Part shown: piece by piece, positions 29,370 to 39,098 of the stretch
How the letters are laid out: each line of letters begins with the position of its first letter
How positions within the stretch are numbered: position 1 is the first letter of the stretch
Assembly: GCA_963664815.2 (NCBI GenBank)
Contig: CAXXHB010000003.1
Location: 4,160,001-4,224,000, forward strand
DNA from: Spirochaetota bacterium
GTDB lineage: Bacteria > Spirochaetota > UBA4802 > UBA5550
DNA length: 64,000 bases
Reading direction: 5' to 3'
Program-made: the position numbers and the translations under genes
Notes under the pieces: model-generated
What the model was told of the DNA's origin: nothing
Seen by the model: the letters and a program-made list of their open reading frames with translations, nothing else
Databases searched by the model: none

Positions 29370-31307
29370 ATGGGATTATCCGTAACATATAAAATTCTGA
29401 AAGAACACCTTGTCGAAGGAACACTCTCCCCAGGAGAAGATATTGGAATAAGAATTGATCAGACTCTTACCCAGGATGCAACCGGGACAATGGCATATCT
29501 TCAGTTTGAAGCGATGAATATTCCCGTCGTTAAGACAGAGATATCAGTATCATATGTAGATCACAACACCCTCCAGATGGGTTTTGAAAATGCCGATGAT
29601 CACAAGTACCTCCAGACAATGAATTCTAATTACGGGGTACACTATTCAAAGGCCGGAAATGGCATTTGCCACCAGGTACATCTTGAACGCTTCGGCAGAC
29701 CTGGTGCCACACTTCTCGGTTCTGACAGCCATACTCCCACCGGTGGAGGAATTGGAATGATAGCGATAGGAGCTGGCGGAATTGATGTTGCAGTTGCTAT
29801 GGGAGGAGGACCGTTCTATCTTTCATGTCCGAAGGTTATAAATGTAAGGTTAACAGGAAAATTGCGACCATGGGTATCAGCGAAGGATGTAATTTTAAAA
29901 GTGCTGGAAATCCTTACCACTAAAGGGAATGTTGGGTATGTAGTAGAGTATACCGGTCCGGGAATTGATACTCTTTCTGTTCCGGAACGTGCCACTATTG
30001 CAAACATGGGTGCAGAACTCGGGGTTACAACTTCACTCTTTCCTGGCGATAGTATCACAGAAGAATTTCTTGCAGCACAGGGTCGGGCTGATGCATTTCG
30101 TGAAATTCTTCCAGATGCAGATGCAGTGTACGAAAAAATTATTGATATAGATTTAGGCATTCTCGTACCAATGGTTGCTTGCCCACATTCTCCTGATAAT
30201 ATTAAAGAAATAAAAGATATAAAAGGAATGAAAGTTGACCAGGTGGCGATTGGAAGCTGCACCAATTCATCATACAAAGACCTGATGACTGTCGCTGAAA
30301 TTCTCAATGGAAAAAAAATTCATCCCGATGTGAGTTTTATAGTTGCACCAGGATCAAAACAGGTTTTTGAGATGATCGCGGTTAACGGAGCCCTTGCTCA
30401 AATCATTTCATCCGGAGCCAGAATTATGGAGTCCGCCTGCGGATTCTGCATTGGTTCGGGACAGGCGCCGGTTACTAAAGGAATCTCCATCCGGACAAAC
30501 AACAGAAATTTCGAAGGGAGATCCGGAACCGAAAACGGTCAAATATATCTTGTGAGCCCTGAGACAGCTGCATTATCTGCACTCGAAGGAAAACTTGTCA
30601 ATCCGCTTGATTACAACCCCTCTCTCTATCCGAAGATTAAAATTCCCGAAAAATTTATAATAGATGATTCACTTATTATTCCTCCTTCTTCTGTGAAAAC
30701 TGAAATTTTTAGAGGACCTAATATCGGCGAGCCTCCATATACTGACCCGCTGTTCGATGAAATAAACGGAGTAATTGGCATTAAAGTCGGCGATAAAATT
30801 ACAACCGATCATATAATGCCAGCCGGGCAGAGGCTTAAATACAGATCAAATATTCCTGAATATTCAAAATATGTATTTGAAAATATTGATGCAGAGTTCT
30901 CTTCAAGGTCGCTGAAAAACAAAAGTAACGGAATTTATACTGCCATAACAGCCGGGGAGAGTTATGGTCAGGGTTCAAGCAGAGAACATGCGGCAATATG
31001 TCCCATGTATCTTGGAGTGAGAATTGTAATTGCAAAATCTTTCGAGAGAATACACTCCGGCAATCTGGTAAATTTTGGATTAATTCCACTCCTGTTTCAG
31101 AATCCGTGTGATTATGACAATATAAAACAGGGGGACAGTTTCAAAGTTTCCGGTGTTATGGAATCTGTCAGAAAAGGAAATAATCTGAAATTAGAAATTG
31201 CAGGATCAGTATATGAATTGAGACTACTTGCAACGGAAAGACAGAGAAAAATACTGCTTTCCGGAGGTCTGCTGAATTACACAAGAGAGAGCATGATAAA
31301 AAAATGA
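29370..31307 (+). CDS. Aconitate hydratase (short, about 645-aa type)
   Basis: TQDATGTM, DHN, GICHQVH, GSDSHT, IGSCTNS, CGFCIG, NRNFEGR, TTDHI, YGQGSSREHAA. Confidence 0.93.
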   Translation: MGLSVTYKILKEHLVEGTLSPGEDIGIRIDQTLTQDATGTMAYLQFEAMNIPVVKTEISVSYVDHNTLQMGFENADDHKYLQTMNSNYGVHYSKAGNGICHQVHLERFGRPGATLLGSDSHTPTGGGIGMIAIGAGGIDVAVAMGGGPFYLSCPKVINVRLTGKLRPWVSAKDVILKVLEILTTKGNVGYVVEYTGPGIDTLSVPERATIANMGAELGVTTSLFPGDSITEEFLAAQGRADAFREILPDADAVYEKIIDIDLGILVPMVACPHSPDNIKEIKDIKGMKVDQVAIGSCTNSSYKDLMTVAEILNGKKIHPDVSFIVAPGSKQVFEMIAVNGALAQIISSGARIMESACGFCIGSGQAPVTKGISIRTNNRNFEGRSGTENGQIYLVSPETAALSALEGKLVNPLDYNPSLYPKIKIPEKFIIDDSLIIPPSSVKTEIFRGPNIGEPPYTDPLFDEINGVIGIKVGDKITTDHIMPAGQRLKYRSNIPEYSKYVFENIDAEFSSRSLKNKSNGIYTAITAGESYGQGSSREHAAICPMYLGVRIVIAKSFERIHSGNLVNFGLIPLLFQNPCDYDNIKQGDSFKVSGVMESVRKGNNLKLEIAGSVYELRLLATERQRKILLSGGLLNYTRESMIKK

Positions 31308-31984
31308 ATTTATCGACTAACTCAGATATTGCTCTCTGTCAGCCTGATAATACCAAAGGCTGCAGTCTTTGCTGTGGCCTTTTTAATTTTATCGATATAT
31401 CCCCCTGTTTTCTTTCTGGTTTTCTTGAAAAGGGTAAATCCAGGGAAAAAAATTTTTCTACTCACGATGAATATACAATTTCAGATTCTACCAGGGATAA
31501 ATTCTCACACATATGCCCTTATCAGGGATTTTTGAAGACCGGCAAACCGGGATGTCTAGTACATCCATTGTCATCCGGTGCAGATGGAAGAGACAGGTCG
31601 CTCTTCGCAAGTAAAATATGTGATAAATTCTTCTGCCCGGCACATACAATTCTTACCTCCGAAGAGAAGTTTTTTCTAATTGAAAGCGTCTCAAACTGGC
31701 ATCTATATTCCGCAGCAATTGCTGATCCTGAAAGCTATTCATTCATTTATAATTACGTAAAAAACAATTTCAATTTTTCAGAAAATAATAATTTATTCCG
31801 GTTTCTGGTGAATGAAGGCTTATCTGCTCATGTCAAGAATCTTGAAACCTACGAAGGAATTTTATTCTGTTACTCAATCCCCGAGTACAATATACACAAA
31901 AAAAATTTCTGTATCAGATACATAGATAAAAAAACTAACCTCGTAACATCACATATTAACAAATCAGCAGCATTATTTAAATAA
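31304..31984 (+). CDS. Cysteine-rich hypothetical protein (possible Fe-S or Zn binding)
   Basis: CQPD..GCSLCCG, CPYQGF, GCLVHP, CDKFFCPAH; ATGA overlap with the aconitase stop. Confidence 0.75.
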   Translation: MNLSTNSDIALCQPDNTKGCSLCCGLFNFIDISPCFLSGFLEKGKSREKNFSTHDEYTISDSTRDKFSHICPYQGFLKTGKPGCLVHPLSSGADGRDRSLFASKICDKFFCPAHTILTSEEKFFLIESVSNWHLYSAAIADPESYSFIYNYVKNNFNFSENNNLFRFLVNEGLSAHVKNLETYEGILFCYSIPEYNIHKKNFCIRYIDKKTNLVTSHINKSAALFK

Positions 31985-32029
31985 TTAAGAAGTTCTCTAC
32001 CATACAAAAAAAGGTTTAAATAGGAATAA

Positions 32030-32061
32030 AAAAAAGGATACAGCCAAAATATCCCTTTTTT
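32030..32061. terminator. Probable bidirectional intrinsic terminator
   Basis: AAAAAAGGATA-cagccaaaa-TATCCCTTTTTT between convergent genes. Confidence 0.45.
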
Positions 32062-32092
32062 CACATTCATGTATAACATGCACATTCAAGCA

Positions 32093-35000
32093 TTAATCGA
32101 AATTAAATGGCGGGTATTCATCTGTCAGTCCTGTAATAAACGCTGAGATTTTTGCCAGATACCTGAAATACTTTGTAAGATAAATGAATAATATATTCGG
32201 CCATCTTCTTGTAGCTATTACCGATATTATTCCTGCAAGATACACAAAAGGTACTGAAATTGTAATAAAAGACATTATTAACAGATGAGGAAGCATAATA
32301 AGCATTATTCCGATAATAGAAAGTCGCATTATTGCCAAATTCTTAGAATATTTTATAGGATAAGTAATATTCAACTGGAGGGGATGATCTATCGACTCCC
32401 TCCCTGCATAAACTGGACGGTCCTCAACAATTCCGGTAATACAGGTTTCTATGTAGAAAAAGTATCTCATTGTGTTTTCTATTATCATTGCAAAGTCTTC
32501 TATGAATCTACCTGTTGAGAGAATAACAATCTGATTAATAAACCCTAGAATAGACGAAAGCAACGTATAAACAAACATCACTACAAAGTGCGGTATCATA
32601 CTTAAACTATACAAACCAAGCAATCTGAGGAGCGCACCGATTCTGGAATACTTAAGTGAAAGGTCAATGGAAAAAAGTGTATTCCCGTTTTCGGATAACG
32701 CTTTTTCCTGATCTGATTCCTCGTATTCAAACATGTCATAGTCAGGCCTTGAAATACCAGACTTTCCTGTATCTTGAAAAACTGAAAGTTCGTCTTCAAA
32801 ATGATCCACAATCTCTGTTGCTGGACGATTTTCCTCCTGGCGTACAATTGTATCATACTCATCAAGATCAATTTCCGGTAACTCATCAAGAGTATCGGTC
32901 ACACGTTCTGTTTCAACTTTACCAGATTGTGCTATTTTATCAAGAGTAAGATCAGGATCGATTTCATCAAGCATAAGCTTGATATCCTCATCTGAAGCTG
33001 TTTCAAGTGCTTCTTTATGTAACAATGCAACTTTACCAGATCCGGATGTAAGTTCATCAAATGTCAGCCCGGCATCATCAAGAGTCAACTTTTCATCTTC
33101 TTCAGATATTTCTTCCTTCTTAGCACTTTTTTCTTCAGCAATCTCAAGTTCAAGTGTATCAAGGTCTATTGTTATACTCTCATCTTCATCTGGTTCTTCC
33201 AGAATCGGTTTTACTTTCTTTTTTTGAACCGAAGCATGTTTTTCAATAACATCATCCTCAAAGATCAGTTCTCTGTTTTCAATCTCTTCCAGATCAATGT
33301 CTAGATCATCAAGATTAAGTTTTATATCTTCTTCGCTGAATTCATCTTCAGGAAAAATCTCTTTATTATTTATATTTTTATTGCTTTTCACAGTCCTGAC
33401 AGGTTCTTCATATAGCTCAGATTTTGATGCAGGCTCATCAAGATCTATATCGAGATTATCAATATCAAGAGTTATATCATCCTCTAATTCCAGAGACTTA
33501 TCTCTCTTCTTACCTGCTTTTACAGGTTCTTCAAATAATTCAACTTTTGATGCAGGCTCATCAAGGTCTATATCAAGGTTATCAATATCAAGAGTTATAT
33601 CATCCTCTAATTCCAGAGACTTATCTCTCTGCTTACCTGCTTTTACAGGTTCTTCAAATAATTCAACTTTTGATGCAGGCTCATCAAGGTCTATATCAAG
33701 GTTATCAATATCAAGAGTTATATCATCCTCTAATTCCAGAGACTTATCTCTCTGCTTACCTGCTTTTACAGGCTCATCAAATAATTCAACTTTTGATGCA
33801 GGCTCATCAAGATCTATATCAAGGTTATCAATATCAAGAGTTATATCATCCTCTAATTCCAGAGACTTATCTTTCGACTTACCCGCCCTGACAGGTTCTT
33901 CAAATAATTCAACTTTTGATGCAGGCTCATCAAGGTCTATATCAAGGTTATCAATATCGAGAGTTATATCTTCTTCAAATCCCAGAGAATTATCTTTCGA
34001 CTTACCCGCCCTGACAGGTTCTTCAAATAATTCAACTTTTGATGCAGGCTCATCAAGGTCTATATCAAGGTTATCAATATCGAGAGTTATATCTTCTTCA
34101 AATCCCAGAGACTTATCTTTCGACTTACCCGCCCTGACAGGTTCTTCAAATAATTCAACTTTTGATGCAGGCTCATCAAGATCTATATCAAGGTTATCAA
34201 TATCGAGAGTTATATCTTCCTCAAATTCCAGAGGCTTATCTTTTGACTTACCCGCCCTGACAGGTTCTTCAAATAATTCAGAATTAAGACTCCCGGCTTC
34301 AAAATCAATCTCCTCAGCTACTAAATTATCAGCTTGATCTGATTTAGCAATTACAGGTTTCCCGGTTCCCTGCTTTCCACCATCAGCCCCTTCAAATTCA
34401 ATATCCAGTGAATCAAGATCAACGGTGATTTCATCTTCAAAGGCTTTTTCACTCTGTCGTGAAATGGGTTCCTCTTCAAATTTAATACCCTCTTCCGCAA
34501 AAAGTGCATCTATATCATCCTGACTGGAGAGCTTTATTTCTCTGTCGTTTTTTGTTTTTTCAGCATTCTCCAGGCTATCCAGGTCTTCAAATCCAAATTC
34601 AGCATCTTCTGACAGTAAATTATTATCAGGCAGCTTCTCTTTCCCATTTTGTTTTTTTGGAGTCTCTTCAAAGTCATCAAGAAATATATCATCATCCTCA
34701 GTCTTTACTGTATCTTCTTTAAGTTCTATTCCAAACTCATCTGCTTCTCTTCCCGATGATTTTTTTTCATCAAATGTTCTAAAATCTTCTTCGGTATTAA
34801 ATGAAATGGATTCATCGAGAGTATCCTCATCTTTTTTCTTTTTCGATGAAGCCACCTTCTCGGCTAAAATATCATCTCCTTCAAATTCCGGAAAGTCTTC
34901 AGATGGTTCAATTTCCAGATTCAGTTTTCTTTCTTTCTTTTCCTTTACTATATAATCATCTGAAAATTCAGCTGAATTTTCGTCTTCAAATAAATCGGAT

Positions 35001-35284
35001 TTTTTCTCTACAGGCGATTCATTATAAAAAAGATCGTCATCGCTAGATTCAGGTGTTCCAGTCTGTTCACCAGCTTTTCTGTTTGATATAGTATCATCTG
35101 CAAAATCATTAAAGAATGGTTCTTCTGGCTTAAGCTTCTTCTCCTCCGATTTTTTAACGGGTGTTCTATTATCAATAATATTTTCTGAACTGCATTTTGG
35201 ACAATTGAAAGCAAATTTTTTATTAGCTACCTTTTCATCATCAACGGCAAATGCAGACTCACAGTTATTACACCTGACAATCAT
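32093..35284 (-). CDS. Large acidic protein: N-terminal Zn-ribbon, 41-aa tandem repeats, C-terminal tandem DUF4389-like membrane domains
   Basis: MIVRCNNCESAFAVDD..FNCPKC (MJ0042-type finger); D/E-rich linker; C-terminal YSR..LLR..IPH..TGRF and GLTDEYPPF. Confidence 0.85.
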   Translation of the reverse strand: MIVRCNNCESAFAVDDEKVANKKFAFNCPKCSSENIIDNRTPVKKSEEKKLKPEEPFFNDFADDTISNRKAGEQTGTPESSDDDLFYNESPVEKKSDLFEDENSAEFSDDYIVKEKKERKLNLEIEPSEDFPEFEGDDILAEKVASSKKKKDEDTLDESISFNTEEDFRTFDEKKSSGREADEFGIELKEDTVKTEDDDIFLDDFEETPKKQNGKEKLPDNNLLSEDAEFGFEDLDSLENAEKTKNDREIKLSSQDDIDALFAEEGIKFEEEPISRQSEKAFEDEITVDLDSLDIEFEGADGGKQGTGKPVIAKSDQADNLVAEEIDFEAGSLNSELFEEPVRAGKSKDKPLEFEEDITLDIDNLDIDLDEPASKVELFEEPVRAGKSKDKSLGFEEDITLDIDNLDIDLDEPASKVELFEEPVRAGKSKDNSLGFEEDITLDIDNLDIDLDEPASKVELFEEPVRAGKSKDKSLELEDDITLDIDNLDIDLDEPASKVELFDEPVKAGKQRDKSLELEDDITLDIDNLDIDLDEPASKVELFEEPVKAGKQRDKSLELEDDITLDIDNLDIDLDEPASKVELFEEPVKAGKKRDKSLELEDDITLDIDNLDIDLDEPASKSELYEEPVRTVKSNKNINNKEIFPEDEFSEEDIKLNLDDLDIDLEEIENRELIFEDDVIEKHASVQKKKVKPILEEPDEDESITIDLDTLELEIAEEKSAKKEEISEEDEKLTLDDAGLTFDELTSGSGKVALLHKEALETASDEDIKLMLDEIDPDLTLDKIAQSGKVETERVTDTLDELPEIDLDEYDTIVRQEENRPATEIVDHFEDELSVFQDTGKSGISRPDYDMFEYEESDQEKALSENGNTLFSIDLSLKYSRIGALLRLLGLYSLSMIPHFVVMFVYTLLSSILGFINQIVILSTGRFIEDFAMIIENTMRYFFYIETCITGIVEDRPVYAGRESIDHPLQLNITYPIKYSKNLAIMRLSIIGIMLIMLPHLLIMSFITISVPFVYLAGIISVIATRRWPNILFIYLTKYFRYLAKISAFITGLTDEYPPFNFD
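33396..34280. repeat. Intragenic tandem repeat, 123-bp unit, about 7.2 copies
   Basis: TTTTGATGCAGGCTCATCAAG recurs at 33422, 33545, 33668, 33791, 33914, 34037 and 34160; encodes ELFEEPVRAGKSKDKSLGFEEDITLDIDNLDIDLDEPASKV-type units. Confidence 0.97.
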
Positions 35285-35301
35285 TTCATTCTCCTGTTAC
35301 G

Positions 35302-35610
35302 TTATCTGCCCGGAAAATATTTTTCATTTACGTTATGCTGAATAATTATCGGTGAAATTGGGAGAAATAATATCATAAACCATTTCATATCTCTACCATT
35401 AATCATCTCTGATTTCTGCATATATTTCAGATTTAAATAAAAACTCCAGATACCAACGGTGAAAACTGAAAGTATTATATTCATAACGGGATCGTCACTG
35501 AAAACCCTGCTGATTCTGGCAAGCCACCAGAAATAATATAATCCCATAGTTATAATTATAAGGAGGAAAAGTATCACCAGATTATTTTCAGGAATATATT
35601 CATGCATCAT
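35302..35610 (-). CDS. Small membrane protein (DUF4234-like)
   Basis: LLIIITMGLYYFWW and LSVFTVGIWSFY repeats; C-terminal IIQHNVN. Confidence 0.75.
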   Translation of the reverse strand: MMHEYIPENNLVILFLLIIITMGLYYFWWLARISRVFSDDPVMNIILSVFTVGIWSFYLNLKYMQKSEMINGRDMKWFMILFLPISPIIIQHNVNEKYFPGR

Positions 35611-35671
35611 TTTTACCTTAATATTTAAAATAGCATTTATTTGAACAAATCTTTATAATTATTCTATATTA

Positions 35672-35699
35672 TTAACGGTCTTTTTTACATTTTTTCTTA
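35672..35699 (-). promoter_or_regulatory. Putative sigma28-like promoter
   Basis: Minus strand TAAG-N16-ACCGTTAA about 60 nt upstream of the DUF4234-like gene. Confidence 0.4.
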
Positions 35700-35859
35700 A
35701 CACTTTTTATATAAACAATTATAAGGTATTATAAAAACTTTGTTTTTTATTAAAGTGAGACATCATTTCTACCGGTTTATTTAGACAAATTCAGTATATG
35801 TAGTACACCATTCTCTGGCGCCCCGGAATCTCTACGTCGCCTGTTTAAATATAATAATA

Positions 35860-37005
35860 TTAGTTATCAGGTCTTTCCTTAATTTTAATATAAAGATTCT
35901 GAAGCTCTCTATTCCGCCAGATTGAAACTGTAACCGTATCTCCGATGGATGCCTCTTCCATTGTCTGAAAAAGATCTTTTATCTCAACAATATTCCTGTT
36001 GTTAATTTTGACAATCACATCGCCAACCCTGATTCCACCCGATTCAGCCGGACTTCCATCTATTACTTCACCAACAAACGCACCCTGGTTTTGTTCCATT
36101 CCAATCTGCTTTGCATCTTCATCCGATATAGGAATAATAGTAACACCCAGGTATCCTCTTTTTACCTTTTTATTTTTCTGGAGTTGAGTCAATATAGATT
36201 TAGCTGTATTCATTGGTATTGCAAATCCTATCCCCATGTAACCTCCACTCTTTGAGTAAATCATCCGGTTAATGCCTATAACCTCACCATAAATATTAAT
36301 CAGCGGCCCGCCTGAATTTCCCGGATTGATGGAGGCATCGGTTTGTATATGTGACCCCCCCATAAAATCCACATCCCGCCTTCCTGTAGCACTTACTACA
36401 CCTACTGTAAAGGTCTTATCTAGTCCGAATGGATTGCCTATTGCTATGGCCCAGTCTCCTACCTGTACTTTATCTGAATCACCAAAATATACAGGAATGA
36501 GTTTACTCTTAGGTTCTATTTTCAGCAGTGCAATATCAGTTTTTTCGTCAGAACCTATTATTTTTGCTTCAAAATTTTTCCCGTTTACATTAACAACTAC
36601 CTTATCTACACCATAAATTACATGATAATTAGTGCATATATATCCATCTTCTGAGAGAATAAAACCAGTTCCAAGTCCTGTCCGTTTCTGAAGTTTCGAT
36701 TTTCCGTCTTTTCCAAAAAATTCTCTCAATATAGGGTCATCAAAAAAAGGATTCCTGACTTTTACAATCTGTTCTGTTGTAATAAATACAACAGAATCTT
36801 TATACTGACTGAATATTTTCCGGAAAACAGTCTGTATCTCAAATGCCTTTGTAGATTCTGCTTCGGATTTTATGGGAGATTCCCCGGAGTTCCCGAAAAG
36901 GGTGTTCTGGCTATCCCTGCTGCATGAGAAATGATTTATACCAGCTGCTATAACTATTACCATTACAGGTATAATAATAAATGTTTTTTTCATACTGAAC
37001 CTCAT
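35860..37005 (-). CDS. htrA: HtrA/DegP-family serine protease with one PDZ domain
   Basis: GLGTGFI, TNYHV, DIALLK, QTDASINPGNSGGPL, GIGFAIP, PDZ (RGYLGV..GSPAE.GG). Confidence 0.93.
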   Translation of the reverse strand: MRFSMKKTFIIIPVMVIVIAAGINHFSCSRDSQNTLFGNSGESPIKSEAESTKAFEIQTVFRKIFSQYKDSVVFITTEQIVKVRNPFFDDPILREFFGKDGKSKLQKRTGLGTGFILSEDGYICTNYHVIYGVDKVVVNVNGKNFEAKIIGSDEKTDIALLKIEPKSKLIPVYFGDSDKVQVGDWAIAIGNPFGLDKTFTVGVVSATGRRDVDFMGGSHIQTDASINPGNSGGPLINIYGEVIGINRMIYSKSGGYMGIGFAIPMNTAKSILTQLQKNKKVKRGYLGVTIIPISDEDAKQIGMEQNQGAFVGEVIDGSPAESGGIRVGDVIVKINNRNIVEIKDLFQTMEEASIGDTVTVSIWRNRELQNLYIKIKERPDN

Positions 37006-37012
37006 ATTTATG

Positions 37013-37219
37013 CTAGTCTAAAGAATCTTTCTTTTTATATTTATTTTTAAGTCTTTCTTCTTTTTCTATCTCTTTCTGAAAAATATATTTATCATCATGC
37101 GATCCATCAGTTTTTATTGTGTCCATATCCACAAAAACAGGCTCTTTTTTCTCTTTGCAGCTGATTAAAAAAGTAATAATCAGGACGAACGAAATAATGA
37201 CCATCGCACGTTTAATCAT
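37013..37219 (-). CDS. Small putative lipoprotein
   Basis: Signal peptide ending LISC followed by a charged tail; GGGG RBS; 7 nt upstream of htrA. Confidence 0.65.
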   Translation of the reverse strand: MIKRAMVIISFVLIITFLISCKEKKEPVFVDMDTIKTDGSHDDKYIFQKEIEKEERLKNKYKKKDSLD

Positions 37220-37449
37220 TTAAATTCCCCGTATTTTTAGAAAATTAATCAATACTAAAGATATTATAAAAAAATACAAATATATTTCTAATAATAAAAT
37301 TGTAACTACTTAAAAACATATAGCAATAAATATTTCCTGCACACAAAACGTATTGGAAATATTTACATTAAGTTTTTAAACAGATATAAAAAATTTTCTT
37401 TGACTTCCACCTTTATCAAAGTATCAAGAAGTATCTGAATGAGAAAATA

Positions 37450-38982
37450 ATGATAAAAAGTCCGAAATATAAAACTGTACCGGCAAAAGATGGTAATCCA
37501 ATTATTGTTGTGGAGATGAATGGCAAAGAATTTCCTCTACACAGTAAAATAAATCCTCTCAAAGAAAATGATACAGCCGGTTATATATTGGACCCTGAGA
37601 GATTTGATTTACTATTGATTGTTGGATGCGGTCTTGGTTACAGTATTATGAAACTGAAAGAGTATGCAGATAAATTCAGACATATTATTATAATAGAAAT
37701 TCTACCAAACATTGAAGATGAAATTACAAAAAACTCTCATACATTTTTTCTTTCAGATAAAAAGAATATATCCTTTTTATCGGGCAAGGATATCGGAGAG
37801 ATCAATAAATCACTTTCCGATATTATTGATTTTGAAGAATTGAAAGGAATACAGTTAATTGAACATCCTCAATCTATAAGGATTTTTCCTGTTTATTATA
37901 ATGATGTTAAATTACAAATTAAAAAAATAATCGATAAAAAAGCTAGCGATAAAGCAACAAAAAAGATTTTTGGCAGCCTTTTCCTCAGAAACGCCCTGAA
38001 TAATTTAGCCTGTTTCAGTCATTGCCTCCCGGTAAATTCTCTTACAGGGAGGTTCAAGGGGGAAAAGGCTGTTATTGTTTCATCTGCTCCATCTATTGAG
38101 GATACCATAAAGAAACTGAAGACATATGAAAATAACCTGTACATTATAGCTGTTGATTCTGCTCTCCCGGTGCTGAAGTGTTATGGGATTAAACCCGATT
38201 TTGTAATATCAATAGATCCTCAGCCGAGAATTGGTGAACATTTTATAGGACATGAGCTTTATAATGCATACCATATATTCTCTATCGTATCCCCACCGGA
38301 ACTGATTAAAAAATACGGAGGGTTCATCTCACTAAACAGTCATCCAGTATCACAAATTATCGAAAATATATATCCAGGCAGAAACGGATCAATAGATTCA
38401 TCAACAGGATCTGTAGCAGGGGATGCTTTCATTTTCGCATTAATTGCTGGATTTGATTTCATCGCTATGGCTGGTTTTGATTTCTCCTTCTCAGACAATA
38501 TTATCTACGCAAGAGGTACTGCCTACCAGACTAGGTACTCTCAATATTTTAATAACAGATTTAAGACCGCCGAAACTTTCAATGGAGAATATATTTTCAA
38601 ATCAAGCGGATCTGTAACCGTTGAAGGAAAATATACAAGAAGATCTTTTATCAATTACAGAAACTCTCTCGATTCACTGATTAAAGAAAAGGGATTTAAT
38701 AATCTATTTATTATTAATAAAAAAGGGCTTTCTTTAGACAACGCTCATCCGACAGATTTTGATTCATTCATGAAAAATTCTTCAATTAGAGAAAAGAATA
38801 AAATTGAGTTTCTTTGCGCGCTTGATATTAAAAAAAGCCCGGAATCACTGAATATAACAAAAGTTAAAGAGCGATTGTTAGATACAAGGGTTCTTGATGA
38901 GCTTCTGAAAGAATCACTGGGACGGAATGTAACAACAGAACAAAAAAGAAAGATTATTTCATTAATTGAAAGAATCGAATAA
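37450..38982 (+). CDS. Maf/DUF115 (MAF_flag10, MptE-like) family protein
   Basis: LHSKINP, GCGLGY, AVIVSSAPSI, AVDSAL, PDFVISIDPQ, GSVAG, GFDFSF. Confidence 0.85.
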   Translation: MIKSPKYKTVPAKDGNPIIVVEMNGKEFPLHSKINPLKENDTAGYILDPERFDLLLIVGCGLGYSIMKLKEYADKFRHIIIIEILPNIEDEITKNSHTFFLSDKKNISFLSGKDIGEINKSLSDIIDFEELKGIQLIEHPQSIRIFPVYYNDVKLQIKKIIDKKASDKATKKIFGSLFLRNALNNLACFSHCLPVNSLTGRFKGEKAVIVSSAPSIEDTIKKLKTYENNLYIIAVDSALPVLKCYGIKPDFVISIDPQPRIGEHFIGHELYNAYHIFSIVSPPELIKKYGGFISLNSHPVSQIIENIYPGRNGSIDSSTGSVAGDAFIFALIAGFDFIAMAGFDFSFSDNIIYARGTAYQTRYSQYFNNRFKTAETFNGEYIFKSSGSVTVEGKYTRRSFINYRNSLDSLIKEKGFNNLFIINKKGLSLDNAHPTDFDSFMKNSSIREKNKIEFLCALDIKKSPESLNITKVKERLLDTRVLDELLKESLGRNVTTEQKRKIISLIERIE

Positions 38983-38986
38983 ATAC

Positions 38987-39098
38987 AGATTTCAAATATA
39001 CAAGAAGCGTCATAAAAAATCCGGAAGAGCTCTCACACCTCCAAATGAGGTTAAATAAATACTTTCTCAAAGCTGAGAGCACATGTCGCTTGAAATCT
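38987..39098 (+). ncRNA. Candidate structured leader or inverted-repeat element upstream of the SET gene
   Basis: Nested inverted repeats AGATTTC/GAAATCT, AAGCGtCAT/ATGtCGCTT, GCTCTCA/TGAGAGC and ACCTC/GAGGT. Confidence 0.4.

Noticed and set aside
33396-34280. Regularly spaced repeats as a CRISPR array
   Set aside because: The whole 123-bp unit repeats with no unique spacers, the unit length is a multiple of 3 within an open CDS, and no cas genes are present.
33297-34337. 346-aa and 155-aa plus-strand ORFs over the repeat
   Set aside because: Antisense shadows that stay open only because a stop-free unit is tandemly repeated; the Ser-rich composition mirrors the acidic real protein.
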